Of a stretch of 50,981 nucleotides of DNA, positions 8,857 to 18,076 are shown piece after piece. This DNA comes from Candidatus Aminicenantia bacterium (GTDB lineage: Bacteria > Acidobacteriota > Aminicenantia > UBA2199). The notes under the pieces were generated by a model. The model was not told where the DNA came from. It did no database searches and was given only the letters and a program-made list of their open reading frames with translations. Numbering within the stretch: position 1 is the first letter of the stretch; every line of letters starts with the position of its first letter. Location: positions 1 to 50,981 of the forward strand of contig JBGSPO010000015.1 in assembly GCA_041738575.1 (NCBI GenBank). Direction: 5' to 3'. Both the position numbers and the translations under genes were made by a program.

Positions 8857-9250
8857 CTTTTCCTCTGTTTTTAAATATACAACAATTCAGCTGCTTTGTA
8901 AAGACTTCCGGTTTGGAGGCTGCAATTCAGCCGGCATATCCTGAACCAACAAGGCATTCGCAAGGGCATACTCTCCGGATACCCTATCGAAAATTGGAGA
9001 GGGAGTTGCTGAAATTCTTTGCCAGCCAGCATCGGGAGGCCATCGCCCGGTCCAAGTCTATCCCCAATTTCATGCGCAACCAGAGTTTGCATCGACAGCT
9101 CACTTGACGTTTTACCAGGACACCCGGTCGATGCGGAGTCGATCGCTCCCCTCCCTGAACCATAATCGGTTGCCCATGAGTCCCGCCAGCAGCTTGACAA
9201 GAAACCCTTTCTCAGAGGATAATCCCCAGCGGAAACCAAGCGGAGGAGCC

Positions 9251-9832
9251 ATGAAGGCAGTTTTTTTCAAGGGATCGCCCCCGGCCGGGCGGGACCCGCT
9301 CAGCAACCGGGCCGCGGCCGCGGTCATGGCCAAAGCCAAAGCCCTGGACTGGGAGATAAAGGCATTCCCGCTGGCGGCCATGGACATCCAGCCCTGCCGC
9401 GGCTGCTTTTCCTGCTGGGTGAAAACCCCCGGGCGCTGCATCATCCGGGACGACGAGGAGCAGATCCTTGACGCTACCGCTGCCAGCTCCCGGGTCATCT
9501 GGCTGACGCCCGTCACCTTCGGCGGCTACGCTCCTGAACTAAAAAAGGCATTGGATCGTATCATCCCCATCCTGCTGCCTTTTTTTACCAGAGTCCACGG
9601 CGAAACGCACCATCCCCTGCGTTACCCGCGTCAGCGCCGCCTACTGGCCATCGGTACGCTGAAGCAGGAGGACGCCGCAAGCGAAGGCGTCTTTCGCCGC
9701 CTAGTCGGCCGCAACGCCTTGAACATGGGTGACATCGAGGCTTCGACACTCGTTTTCAGTGGCGACACTTCCCTGGCCGACATGGAAAGGAAGCTTGCTG
9801 ACCAACCGTTTTTTCGCGGGGTGACGCGATGA
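9251..9832 (+). CDS. flavodoxin-fold NAD(P)H-dependent FMN reductase-like protein
   Basis: MKAVFFKGSP... with the CRGCFSCW...GRC and WLTPVTFGGYAPELKKALDR pattern of flavodoxin-family oxidoreductases. GGAGGAG RBS before ATG 9251. The track ORF starts at 9104. Confidence 0.7.
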   Translation: MKAVFFKGSPPAGRDPLSNRAAAAVMAKAKALDWEIKAFPLAAMDIQPCRGCFSCWVKTPGRCIIRDDEEQILDATAASSRVIWLTPVTFGGYAPELKKALDRIIPILLPFFTRVHGETHHPLRYPRQRRLLAIGTLKQEDAASEGVFRRLVGRNALNMGDIEASTLVFSGDTSLADMERKLADQPFFRGVTR

Positions 9833-10521
9833 AAGGTGACAAGGTCCTGCTTTTGGTCTGCAGCCCGCGCGGCATGGCCAGCACCTCCAACTCCCTGGGC
9901 GAACACCTGCTCTCCCTGCTCGAGGAACGCGGCATGGCGCTGAAGAAGCTGTCGCTCTACCCAGCCCTGGCCGACGACAATAAAATGGCGGAACTCTTGG
10001 CCGCCGTTGACATGTGCTCCCTTTTGATCCTGGCCTTCCCCCTTTATGTCGACCACCTCCCGGCACCTCTGATCAATCTGTTGCGACAGATTGCCGAGCG
10101 CCGCCCGGGCCTCCAGGGGGAACCCAGACAGTCGCTTGTCGCCATCGTCAATTGCGGATTCCCGGAAACCACCCACTGCCAGCCAGCCGCCGATATCGTG
10201 CGCCTCTTCGCTTTCCAGGCGGGCTTCCGCTTCCTCGGCTGCCTGGCCCTGGGCATGGGCGGCGCGATCGGCAACCGTCCCCTGGCCAAGGCCGGCTTCA
10301 TCGTTCGCCATCAGCTCAAAGCCTTTGAAAAGGCGGCATCGTTCCTCACCGACGGCAGGGAGATCCCGGCAGAGACCATTGCCCTCATGGGCAGACCCAT
10401 GATGCCGCGCTGGTTTTACAACTGGATCGCCGACCGAGGCTGGAAGAGCGCTGCAAAAAAACACGGGAGCTCCGGCCACTTACACGACACACCCTACGCC
10501 GGGGCGGCGAAGGAGAACTAG
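9829..10521 (+). CDS. second flavodoxin-fold NAD(P)H oxidoreductase-like protein
   Basis: ATGA overlap with the preceding gene. N-terminal VLLLVCSPRG..STSNSL and FPLYVDHLP pattern, similar to the preceding gene. Confidence 0.6.
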   Translation: MKGDKVLLLVCSPRGMASTSNSLGEHLLSLLEERGMALKKLSLYPALADDNKMAELLAAVDMCSLLILAFPLYVDHLPAPLINLLRQIAERRPGLQGEPRQSLVAIVNCGFPETTHCQPAADIVRLFAFQAGFRFLGCLALGMGGAIGNRPLAKAGFIVRHQLKAFEKAASFLTDGREIPAETIALMGRPMMPRWFYNWIADRGWKSAAKKHGSSGHLHDTPYAGAAKEN

Positions 10522-12386
10522 ATCCCCGGCCCGCTTACCTGGACTCCCAGGGTGCGCGTTTCTTTTCCTAGCCCCATCCGCTTGAGATTGAATGCCGGAC
10601 GGATACGAAATTCCAGGAAGCCCTGGGCATGGTTGGCGTCATTCAGTTGCAGCAAGTATTCCCCCTGCTCACGGAAAACCACCTGGCGATAGAGCTTGCC
10701 GCGCCAGTAGACGTCCAGAAATTGTTTCTTTGCGGGCAAGTGGGAGAGCGGGGCGCCGCAGGTCAACCTATAGGTCGCCGAAGGATCGCCCGGGTCCAGG
10801 AAAACATATATGCCCGCCTTCTCGCCGCTCCAGCGGAATGAGCGGCCGCCCTCTTTCTCGGAATAGGAAAAGCCGTAGTCGTAGGGGGTTCTCGTCTCCC
10901 GCGCCCAGTTCTTGGGATGCAGGCTGGAAAAATTCACTAAATTAAAAATGATGAAAACAAAAAAGCCGCAAATAAATAGGATTTTTGCTCGCTTACCTTT
11001 AACCAGGGTTTTTTCTCCACTATTTTCACCCAACGAGGCAAACAAGCAGAAAACCAAGAAAATCTCCGGAAACCACAGGTAGTCATTGAAAACGAGGAGA
11101 AACAGAAAAATTCCCAGAAGCCATTTTTCAGGCCACTTTTTTAATTTGAACAATCCAAGATAAAACAGTAAAAATATAAACATTCCCGGCAGCCCGGTCG
11201 AAGAACCAATGAAAAAGTACTGGTTGGCTGGCAGATGATGAAAGAACTCACCTTGATGGGCCGACATGACCCAGAAAACAAAATTTCCGGTTCCGGCGCC
11301 ACTCATGGGAAATTTGCGCAGGCATTCAATGGAGTAGCCCCAAAGCACATTTCGGCCCGCAGTCAAGTTCCTTAATTTCGTAAACTTGATAGTTCTAGTT
11401 TCTATTGATCTTTCAATCAGGAAACAAGTCTTTTTAAGCCGAGAGACAATGTTTTTCTCTGATTGAGGGACAACATGCATATAGAGAAAAAAGACCGCTG
11501 CCAGCAATATTCCAATCAAGATTATGCAAACAACATGTTTTCGGCTGGAAAAGATGAAAAGAAATATTGTGATTACGACGACGAAGGCACCCACACGAGT
11601 TACGGAGTTCAGAGTGCCGATCAGGGAGACGGTTGCAAAGAGGAGCCCCGGCCATTTTTCAGTATAATGGAAATATAGATACCAAGCCAACAGAATGGCC
11701 AAGGCCGAGAGAAAGCCGAATGCCGTCGGATCGGATGCCAAACCACGGATAGGAAGAGATAAGCTATTCCCTCCCTGCCAGCGCTGAAACAATGAGTAGA
11801 GGATCGAAAGCGTCTGGCCCGACAGAAAAGCAATCAAAATACGCTTCAGGCAAAGCTGGTGCTTCAACAAAAGATAATAAAGCGGGGACAAGGAGAACAG
11901 CGCCAATTCCACGACCGGAAAAATAATCCCGAAGGAAAGCCGCTGACCGGCTGGCGCAACCGGGGTATCCTTGAAAAAAGCCAGGTGGGAAAGGGTCAGG
12001 TTGGACCAACGCAGCATGACAAAAATGAACGAAATTCCAAGCAGCAACAGAAAAGAAAAGTAATACTTGGGCAATTCCGGCAACAACCGGAATGTTTTTC
12101 CCTTGTGAATCGCGAATTCTCCCGCCATGATGCCGCCGAGAAAGAATACCGGCAGAAGCAGGTAATTCAGGGGAAACCCCTTGTTTTCAAGCGCGGCGAA
12201 AGCGGGCAGTACGGGGATGAGAAATGAAAATATCGCTAGGTAGCTGGATGTGAAGATGATCCTGGCCAGAAAACCCAGCAGGAGGCAGGCCAAAGGCAGC
12301 CATCGGATATGAAACTGGAAAACCAGGACAAATGATAAAAGCAAAAAAGAAAAAATTGAAAAGAAAAAGTAGATACGGTTTTTCAT
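10518..12386 (-). CDS. O-antigen ligase/polymerase (Wzy_C) family membrane protein with a ~150-aa C-terminal soluble domain
   Basis: 622 aa, more than 10 predicted TM helices. Wzy_C-like loop GAGTGNFVFW...HHLPANQYF...TGLPG. Non-membrane C-terminal domain at roughly 10518-10950. Confidence 0.8.
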   Translation of the reverse strand: MKNRIYFFFSIFSFLLLSFVLVFQFHIRWLPLACLLLGFLARIIFTSSYLAIFSFLIPVLPAFAALENKGFPLNYLLLPVFFLGGIMAGEFAIHKGKTFRLLPELPKYYFSFLLLLGISFIFVMLRWSNLTLSHLAFFKDTPVAPAGQRLSFGIIFPVVELALFSLSPLYYLLLKHQLCLKRILIAFLSGQTLSILYSLFQRWQGGNSLSLPIRGLASDPTAFGFLSALAILLAWYLYFHYTEKWPGLLFATVSLIGTLNSVTRVGAFVVVITIFLFIFSSRKHVVCIILIGILLAAVFFLYMHVVPQSEKNIVSRLKKTCFLIERSIETRTIKFTKLRNLTAGRNVLWGYSIECLRKFPMSGAGTGNFVFWVMSAHQGEFFHHLPANQYFFIGSSTGLPGMFIFLLFYLGLFKLKKWPEKWLLGIFLFLLVFNDYLWFPEIFLVFCLFASLGENSGEKTLVKGKRAKILFICGFFVFIIFNLVNFSSLHPKNWARETRTPYDYGFSYSEKEGGRSFRWSGEKAGIYVFLDPGDPSATYRLTCGAPLSHLPAKKQFLDVYWRGKLYRQVVFREQGEYLLQLNDANHAQGFLEFRIRPAFNLKRMGLGKETRTLGVQVSGPGI

Positions 12387-12461
12387 TGAGCCAATCGCGG
12401 TACCGCTCCTTTTTCGATCATGGCCATGATTGATATTTCGGCCCCCTTAGAATAAAAACCG

Positions 12462-14357
12462 TCAGTAACCACCCGGTTCGGCTTTTCCCCCGCAGTAGGT
12501 GGGAATATAGGTGGCAAAAAGGGCTCGAATCCGCTCGCTGTCGTGCCCGGCTTCGCAGCAATCAGCGATCATCCGCTCCAGAAAATCCGCGGGTTGGGAC
12601 TTGTTGAAGCAGGCGATGAAGATCTTTTCGTGCCGGGTGGAGTAGACCCCCTCCTCGGCCGTCAGCAGTTCTTCGAAGAGTTTTTCTCCAGGCCGCATGC
12701 CGGTGGCAAGGATCTCAATGTCCCGGCCCGGTTCAAGGCCGTTGAGGCGGATCAGGTTCTCAGCCAACTCCTTGATGCGCACAGGCTCGCCCATGTCCAG
12801 GACGAACACCTCGCCGCCCTTCCCTTGGAGGGCCGCCTGGAGGACAAGGAGGACCGCCTCAGGGATCGACATGAAGTAGCGCCGCATCTCGGGATGGGTG
12901 AGGGTGAGCGGGCCGCCGTGGGAAATCTGCTCCTGAAAGAGGGGGACGACGCTGCCCCGCGAGCCGAGGACATTGCCGAAGCGCACCGAGAGGAAACTGG
13001 TGCCGTTGCCGTTCAGCGCCTGGCAGGCCATTTCGGCCAGGCGCTTGCTCGCCCCCATAATGCTGCTGGGCTTGACCGCCTTGTCGGTGGAGATGTTGAC
13101 GAATTTTTCTACTTTATGCTCGATGGCCAGTTTCGCCAGATCAATGGTGCCAAGGACATTGGTGCGCAGCGCCTCCTCGGGAAACGCCTCCATCAGCGGC
13201 ACATGCTTGTAGGCGGCGGCATGAAAAATGACCTGCGGCCGGAATTTCGCGAACACGGCCCGGATCTTCTCCCGGTCGCACAACGAGCCGACCACGAAGG
13301 AAAAGTCCTGCCCCTGTTTTAGGTAGGCCTGCAACTCTTGTTGGAGATAAAAGATCCCTGTCTCGTCGAGATCGAAAGCCACCACTTTCTTCGCCCCCAG
13401 CGAGTGCAGCTTGCGCACGATCTCGGAGCCGATCGAGCCGGCGGCACCGGTGACCAGTACCGTCTTGGCGGCGAAAGCGGCGGTGATGGCATTGGATTCG
13501 ATCCGGACCGCTTCCCGGGAGAGGAGATCCTCGATATTGATTTGGCGGATCTTGTACACGCTGGTCTTCCACTCGTCCATGCGCGGCACAATGCGGATGT
13601 CGTTGATTCCGGCTTCCTTGAGTCGGTCGAACACGTCCTTGACCTCGCGATGGTTGGCGATCGGCAGGTTGATCAGGGCAGCCTCGATTCCCTTGATGCG
13701 GATCTTCCGGGTGATTTCCTCGTGGAAATCGATTATCGGCAGGTCGAAGATCACTCCCCCCGCGTGCTGGCCCTCGATGTCGGCGATCATCATCGGCTCC
13801 AGTTTCGAGCGGGAGAGGCGCATCTCCTTGATCAGCCGCTCTGACTTGATATTGGCGCCGACGATCAGGGTCGGCTTCCCTCTGGCGCCATTGCGGTGAA
13901 TCAGCTCCAGGTAGATGCGCCGCGACAGCCGCATCAGCCCGAACAGCGAGAAAGCGAGCAGCCCGCCGATGAGCAGCACCCCGACGGACATGCTCAGGGT
14001 ACGATCGCCGCTGCGGATAAAAATCAGGTTCAGGACCACCGTGATGGATGTGGAAACCACGAAGGCCTTGAGCAAACGGAACAGTTCCAGGATGCCCACG
14101 AAACGCAACGTGATGTTGTAGAGCCGGAAGACAAGAAGAGTGAGGAACTGCATAAGGAATACGAACAGGGCCCAGTTCCAGAAGATGCGGCGCACGACAA
14201 CGGGGAAGGTGAAGCCAAAGCGCAGTAGGACGGCCAGATAAAGGGCGACGAATGAAAGGGCCAAGTCCAGGGAAAAAAGGATGCAAACCTTGGACCATTT
14301 CTTGTTGAGGCCCATGCGCTTGAACCAGTTTTCGCTTTTCGCTCTTGTTTTGCTCAC
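12462..14357 (-). CDS. membrane-anchored UDP-GlcNAc 4,6-dehydratase, CapD/PglF/WbpM family
   Basis: N-terminal TM helices followed by an SDR domain with VLVTGAAGSIGSEI and the YKHV / STDKAV motifs. GTG start at 14357; an ATG alternative is at 14315. Confidence 0.9.
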   Translation of the reverse strand: MSKTRAKSENWFKRMGLNKKWSKVCILFSLDLALSFVALYLAVLLRFGFTFPVVVRRIFWNWALFVFLMQFLTLLVFRLYNITLRFVGILELFRLLKAFVVSTSITVVLNLIFIRSGDRTLSMSVGVLLIGGLLAFSLFGLMRLSRRIYLELIHRNGARGKPTLIVGANIKSERLIKEMRLSRSKLEPMMIADIEGQHAGGVIFDLPIIDFHEEITRKIRIKGIEAALINLPIANHREVKDVFDRLKEAGINDIRIVPRMDEWKTSVYKIRQINIEDLLSREAVRIESNAITAAFAAKTVLVTGAAGSIGSEIVRKLHSLGAKKVVAFDLDETGIFYLQQELQAYLKQGQDFSFVVGSLCDREKIRAVFAKFRPQVIFHAAAYKHVPLMEAFPEEALRTNVLGTIDLAKLAIEHKVEKFVNISTDKAVKPSSIMGASKRLAEMACQALNGNGTSFLSVRFGNVLGSRGSVVPLFQEQISHGGPLTLTHPEMRRYFMSIPEAVLLVLQAALQGKGGEVFVLDMGEPVRIKELAENLIRLNGLEPGRDIEILATGMRPGEKLFEELLTAEEGVYSTRHEKIFIACFNKSQPADFLERMIADCCEAGHDSERIRALFATYIPTYCGGKAEPGGY

Positions 14358-14429
14358 GTTCCTATTTTCTCTCTCTCAATCCATCAAGCGAATTATAGCA
14401 TATCTGGAAAATCTCATGCCGCCGAGTTT

Positions 14430-15623
14430 TCATTTTCCATTCGCCACCTGTTCATTGAACTGGAAAATTCCATGCAGCGAATCGGAGATGTATGACAATT
14501 CCTCATCGGTCAACGAGGGATACACCGGCAAAGTCAAGCATCCATGCCAAACCCTTTCCGCGTTCGGGTAATCGGCAGGATCGAATTGATAGGTTTCCCG
14601 GTAATACTTCATGCGATGCAACGGCTTGTAGTGAACCGAAGTGCCGATCCCTTTTTCAGCAAGTTTTTCGATTAGCTGGTTCCGCCCAACCGGCGATTCC
14701 GACTTCACAACAATCGGGAACAAATGCCAGGCATGATCGGTGAAGGGTACCCGGACGATTGGCAGATCAATATATTGGATATCCCGCAGGGCATGCAAGT
14801 AGAATCTCGCACACCTCTCGCGCTCCCTCCGCATCCCCACGGCCCGTTCCAACTGAGCCAAGCCAATGGCCGCGCTAATGTCGGGCATGTTGTATTTGAA
14901 CCCGGGGGCCACCACGTCGTATTCCCATGAAGATTCAGCACTGGTGAAACGATTCCAGATATCGCGGTCGATCCCATGCAGGCGCATCACCTTCATTCGC
15001 CGGGCCAGCTCGTCGTTATCCGTGGTGACCATCCCCCCTTCGCCGGAGGTGATGGTCTTATTCGCGTAGAAGCTGAAACAGGTGACGTCTCCCAGAGAGC
15101 CCACCATGCGGTCTCCAAGCCGCGCGGGAAAGGCGTGGGCCGCGTCCTCGATTACTCTGATCCCATTTTCCCTGCAGATGTCCAGTATCCCCGGTTTCCC
15201 ACCGGCCGGAAGCATCCTGGCCGCTTGGCCTCCATAATGGACCACGATCAGAGTTTTGACTTCCGGATGACGGGCTATTGCCTGGCAAAGAATCTCCGGA
15301 GTCAAAAGGCAGGTGCCATATTCCACATCCAGCAGGATTGGGTCCGCGCCCATGTAGCGAACGACTTCTGCGGAAGCGGTAAAAGTCATGGTGGGGACGA
15401 ATACTCTGTCCCCGGCCTTGACCCCGACCGCCTCCAAGGCCAGATGCAGCGCCGAAGTGCACGAATTCACGGCAATAGCGAACCTGGCCCTTACCTCCTG
15501 GGCGAAGCGCCTTTCGAACTCCTGGGCCTTGGCGGCGGTGGTCAACCACCCGCTCTCGATCACTTCCCGCACATACTTCAATTCGTTTCCGTCACAACGG
15601 ACTCTCGCAAACGGGATCTTCAT
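14430..15623 (-). CDS. DegT/DnrJ/EryC1/StrS-family PLP aminotransferase (PglE/WbpE-like sugar 4-aminotransferase)
   Basis: 397 aa with the family pattern (CTSALHLAL, DVTCFSFYANKTITSGEGG, with the PLP lysine in YANK). Confidence 0.9.
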   Translation of the reverse strand: MKIPFARVRCDGNELKYVREVIESGWLTTAAKAQEFERRFAQEVRARFAIAVNSCTSALHLALEAVGVKAGDRVFVPTMTFTASAEVVRYMGADPILLDVEYGTCLLTPEILCQAIARHPEVKTLIVVHYGGQAARMLPAGGKPGILDICRENGIRVIEDAAHAFPARLGDRMVGSLGDVTCFSFYANKTITSGEGGMVTTDNDELARRMKVMRLHGIDRDIWNRFTSAESSWEYDVVAPGFKYNMPDISAAIGLAQLERAVGMRRERERCARFYLHALRDIQYIDLPIVRVPFTDHAWHLFPIVVKSESPVGRNQLIEKLAEKGIGTSVHYKPLHRMKYYRETYQFDPADYPNAERVWHGCLTLPVYPSLTDEELSYISDSLHGIFQFNEQVANGK

Positions 15624-15644
15624 TGATTTTTCCTCATGCTCCGA

Positions 15645-16262
15645 TCAAGCTCTCCCCTTCCATATTGCGATCAAGGTCCTGAAAATGAGCTTTAGGTCGC
15701 CTGCAAAAGAGCGGTTTCTTACATACGCTTCGTACATTTCCAGCTTTTTTGGAAGGATTTCGAACTGGTAGGTATTCTCCGGGTCCGGAGAGCCAGCCAG
15801 GATCTCCTCCTCGTTCCTGAAGACAATGGCGGCCGGGTCAGTGATCCCCGGCCGGACCGTGTGAACCAACGCCCAGCGCTCCGGGTATACCCCGGTCCAC
15901 TTGCGCACTTCTGGCCGCGGGCCAACCAGCGCCATATCCCCTTTCAGCACATTCCAAAGCTGGGGCAATTCATCCAGTTTTGTCTTGCGCAAAACACGGC
16001 CGATACGTGTTACCCGGGCCGATGAACCAGGTTCGAACCTGCCTTTTTCTGCATCTTGCAGGACAAACATCGTCCGGAATTTGAGCAAGTAGAAATTCCG
16101 ACCATTCCGACCGACACGCCGTTGCCGGAAAAAAGCCGGACCGGGCGAGGTAAAACGGATCATCAATGCCGCCAACATGAAAAATGGGAATAGCATTATC
16201 AGCATGAAAGCAGAAATGGCAAAATCAACGACACGCTTCATACAGGCGGGAATTCGCTTCAA
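15645..16262 (-). CDS. small monotopic phosphoglycosyl transferase (PglC/WbaP C-domain type 'bacterial sugar transferase')
   Basis: 205 aa with one N-terminal hydrophobic helix. Motifs PGPAFFRQRRVG, KFRTM, DELPQLWNVLKGDMALVGPRP. Confidence 0.9.
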   Translation of the reverse strand: MKRIPACMKRVVDFAISAFMLIMLFPFFMLAALMIRFTSPGPAFFRQRRVGRNGRNFYLLKFRTMFVLQDAEKGRFEPGSSARVTRIGRVLRKTKLDELPQLWNVLKGDMALVGPRPEVRKWTGVYPERWALVHTVRPGITDPAAIVFRNEEEILAGSPDPENTYQFEILPKKLEMYEAYVRNRSFAGDLKLIFRTLIAIWKGRA

Positions 16263-16876
16263 TTGAGCATTAATTCTTTCGTGTAATACAGAGATCCAGC
16301 TGATTTTTTCTCAAAAACAAAGCCGTTTTTTTCATAAAAAGCAATCGCCCGTGCATTGCTCTTTTTGACAGAAAGGCCATAGCACTTGATCCTGCGCGAG
16401 CAAAGAATATCTTCAAAAAACTCCAACATCCTTCTTCCTGTGCCAGGGAAAGCATTGGGAGCAACGCAAATGGATAGCAACCGGAAAATTGCCTTGGAAG
16501 GGATTTTTTTTACTGGCCCTGACGACCATAGAGATTGGGCTTTTTCCAGGATAAAAACGGGATGTCGAATCATGACACTCAAGACGTAAAGCCGATTTTT
16601 TCTTAAAAACCGAATAATCCCTTGCGACACTTCTTTGCCCGCAATAATAAAACCGAGCATTTTCCCATCCAAATTGCCTTCCGGACCGGTTTCGTCAACT
16701 TCAAGCGCAATGACAGTTACATCACTCGCATCCACAAGGCAATGGTAATACTCCTTCAGCTTTTTCTTGGAAAAATTTGCGGTTAAATGATTCTTGGGAT
16801 ATCCCTCGAAGTGAATCCCTGCAAATTGTTCCCCGAATTTATCATAATCACTGTTATGCATCTGATAAAAAATCAA
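16259..16876 (-). CDS. GNAT-family N-acetyltransferase
   Basis: GNAT motif A (ICVAPNAFPGTGRRMLEFF) and motif B (AIAFYEKNGF). 4-nt overlap with the sugar transferase gene. TTG start with an AGGAGG RBS. Confidence 0.8.
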   Translation of the reverse strand: MIFYQMHNSDYDKFGEQFAGIHFEGYPKNHLTANFSKKKLKEYYHCLVDASDVTVIALEVDETGPEGNLDGKMLGFIIAGKEVSQGIIRFLRKNRLYVLSVMIRHPVFILEKAQSLWSSGPVKKIPSKAIFRLLSICVAPNAFPGTGRRMLEFFEDILCSRRIKCYGLSVKKSNARAIAFYEKNGFVFEKKSAGSLYYTKELMLN

Positions 16877-17047
16877 ATTGCCTCCTAAATCCAGGATCCC
16901 ATCATGCGGAGTAATGAATGATTATTAACAATCAAATAAAAAGGGTTGGGGCTCGTGATAAATTTTCCATTGATCAAGAAACGCGAAAGAGGAATCTCCG
17001 CTTCAGTCCGTTTGACGCGGATTGTCATTATGTATTGCTTTTCAGTG

Positions 17048-18073
17048 TCACCTGGTGAGCTTCCCAAAAGAATCTCTCCCGGCACTTTTCAGCAAAATAA
17101 AATCAAATACCCCACGTATAAAGCCCCAGCCATAGCTAAAATGATAGGCTGCAAAAACCATTGGCATCGCAGGCAAGTACTTCAAATTATCAAGCCGGCG
17201 GCAGGTGACGACCGATGCGCACAAATTGCCACAAAAGTACAGGCCAAGAAGCACGGCAAACGCCAACCGAGCCCAGCCAAAGATAAAAGAAAGCAAACCC
17301 AATGCCAGCAACGTCCCAACGAATCCCCCAGGAACCAGATGCCGGATCGACGCCGTCAGCCGATGTTTTTGAATGACCCTCACTTTCCAATAGCCATACT
17401 GCAGATATTGTTTACTCAGGGCGAGAAGTGAAGCCCGCGGATAGTACCATGATTGAATGGAAGGCGATTGCCAGATGGTTCCATTTGCGCGGATCAGACG
17501 CAGGTTCAATTCATCATCCTGGTTGCGGACCAAATCCTCATCAAACAAACCTAACCGAACCAATGTTTCCTTACGCCAGCAACCAAGATATACCGAATCA
17601 ACAGGGCCCTCATAGTTCACCTGATGCGAACCCGCCCCGCCTGATGAAAATGGCGACTGAAATGCCAAGGCAATCACTTTTTGCATCCAGGTTTTTCCTA
17701 TGGCCCTCCAGGGACCGCCGACGTTATCGGCGTGCGTGTTATGCAACGTGTTCACACACTGCTTTATATAATCATTGGCATACTCAGAATGAACATCCAT
17801 GCGCAGGATTATCTCTCCCCTGGCTGCACGGATCGCCGCGTTCAGCCCGGTCGAAACAATCCTCCCCGGGTTCTCAATGATGCGCAAGCGTGGCTCCTTG
17901 TTGGCCAGTCCATGCAAAATATCCCGTGTGCCATCGTCACTTCCGCCGTCGGCAAAAATGATTTCGAAGCCCCCGTCTATTCCTTCCTGAACCAGTATCG
18001 ATTTTAACGCCGATTCGATGTATCGCATCTCATTCCGGCAGGGAACAATCACCGATACCCTCGGATCATCCAT
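17048..18073 (-). CDS. family 2 glycosyltransferase with C-terminal TM helices
   Basis: VSVIVPCRNE...DGGSDDGT...MDVHS (DXD-like) GT2 pattern. Confidence 0.88.
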   Translation of the reverse strand: MDDPRVSVIVPCRNEMRYIESALKSILVQEGIDGGFEIIFADGGSDDGTRDILHGLANKEPRLRIIENPGRIVSTGLNAAIRAARGEIILRMDVHSEYANDYIKQCVNTLHNTHADNVGGPWRAIGKTWMQKVIALAFQSPFSSGGAGSHQVNYEGPVDSVYLGCWRKETLVRLGLFDEDLVRNQDDELNLRLIRANGTIWQSPSIQSWYYPRASLLALSKQYLQYGYWKVRVIQKHRLTASIRHLVPGGFVGTLLALGLLSFIFGWARLAFAVLLGLYFCGNLCASVVTCRRLDNLKYLPAMPMVFAAYHFSYGWGFIRGVFDFILLKSAGRDSFGKLTR

Positions 18074-18076
18074 CAG

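Noticed and set aside
8871-9239. 122-aa minus-strand ORF between the TPR and flavodoxin genes containing LVAHEIGDRLGPGDG, reminiscent of a metzincin HExxHxxGxxH motif with His replaced by Asp.
   Set aside because: The match is short and degenerate (both downstream His residues absent). There is no RBS or signal peptide and no other family features. At most it is a decayed remnant, which cannot be supported without a database search.
13141-14298. 385-aa alternative-frame ORF inside the CapD/PglF-like gene, and a 236-aa ORF at 26361-27071 inside wzx.
   Set aside because: They are on the same strand as, and out of frame with, strongly supported genes. The translations are Arg/Pro/Gly-rich with no motifs.
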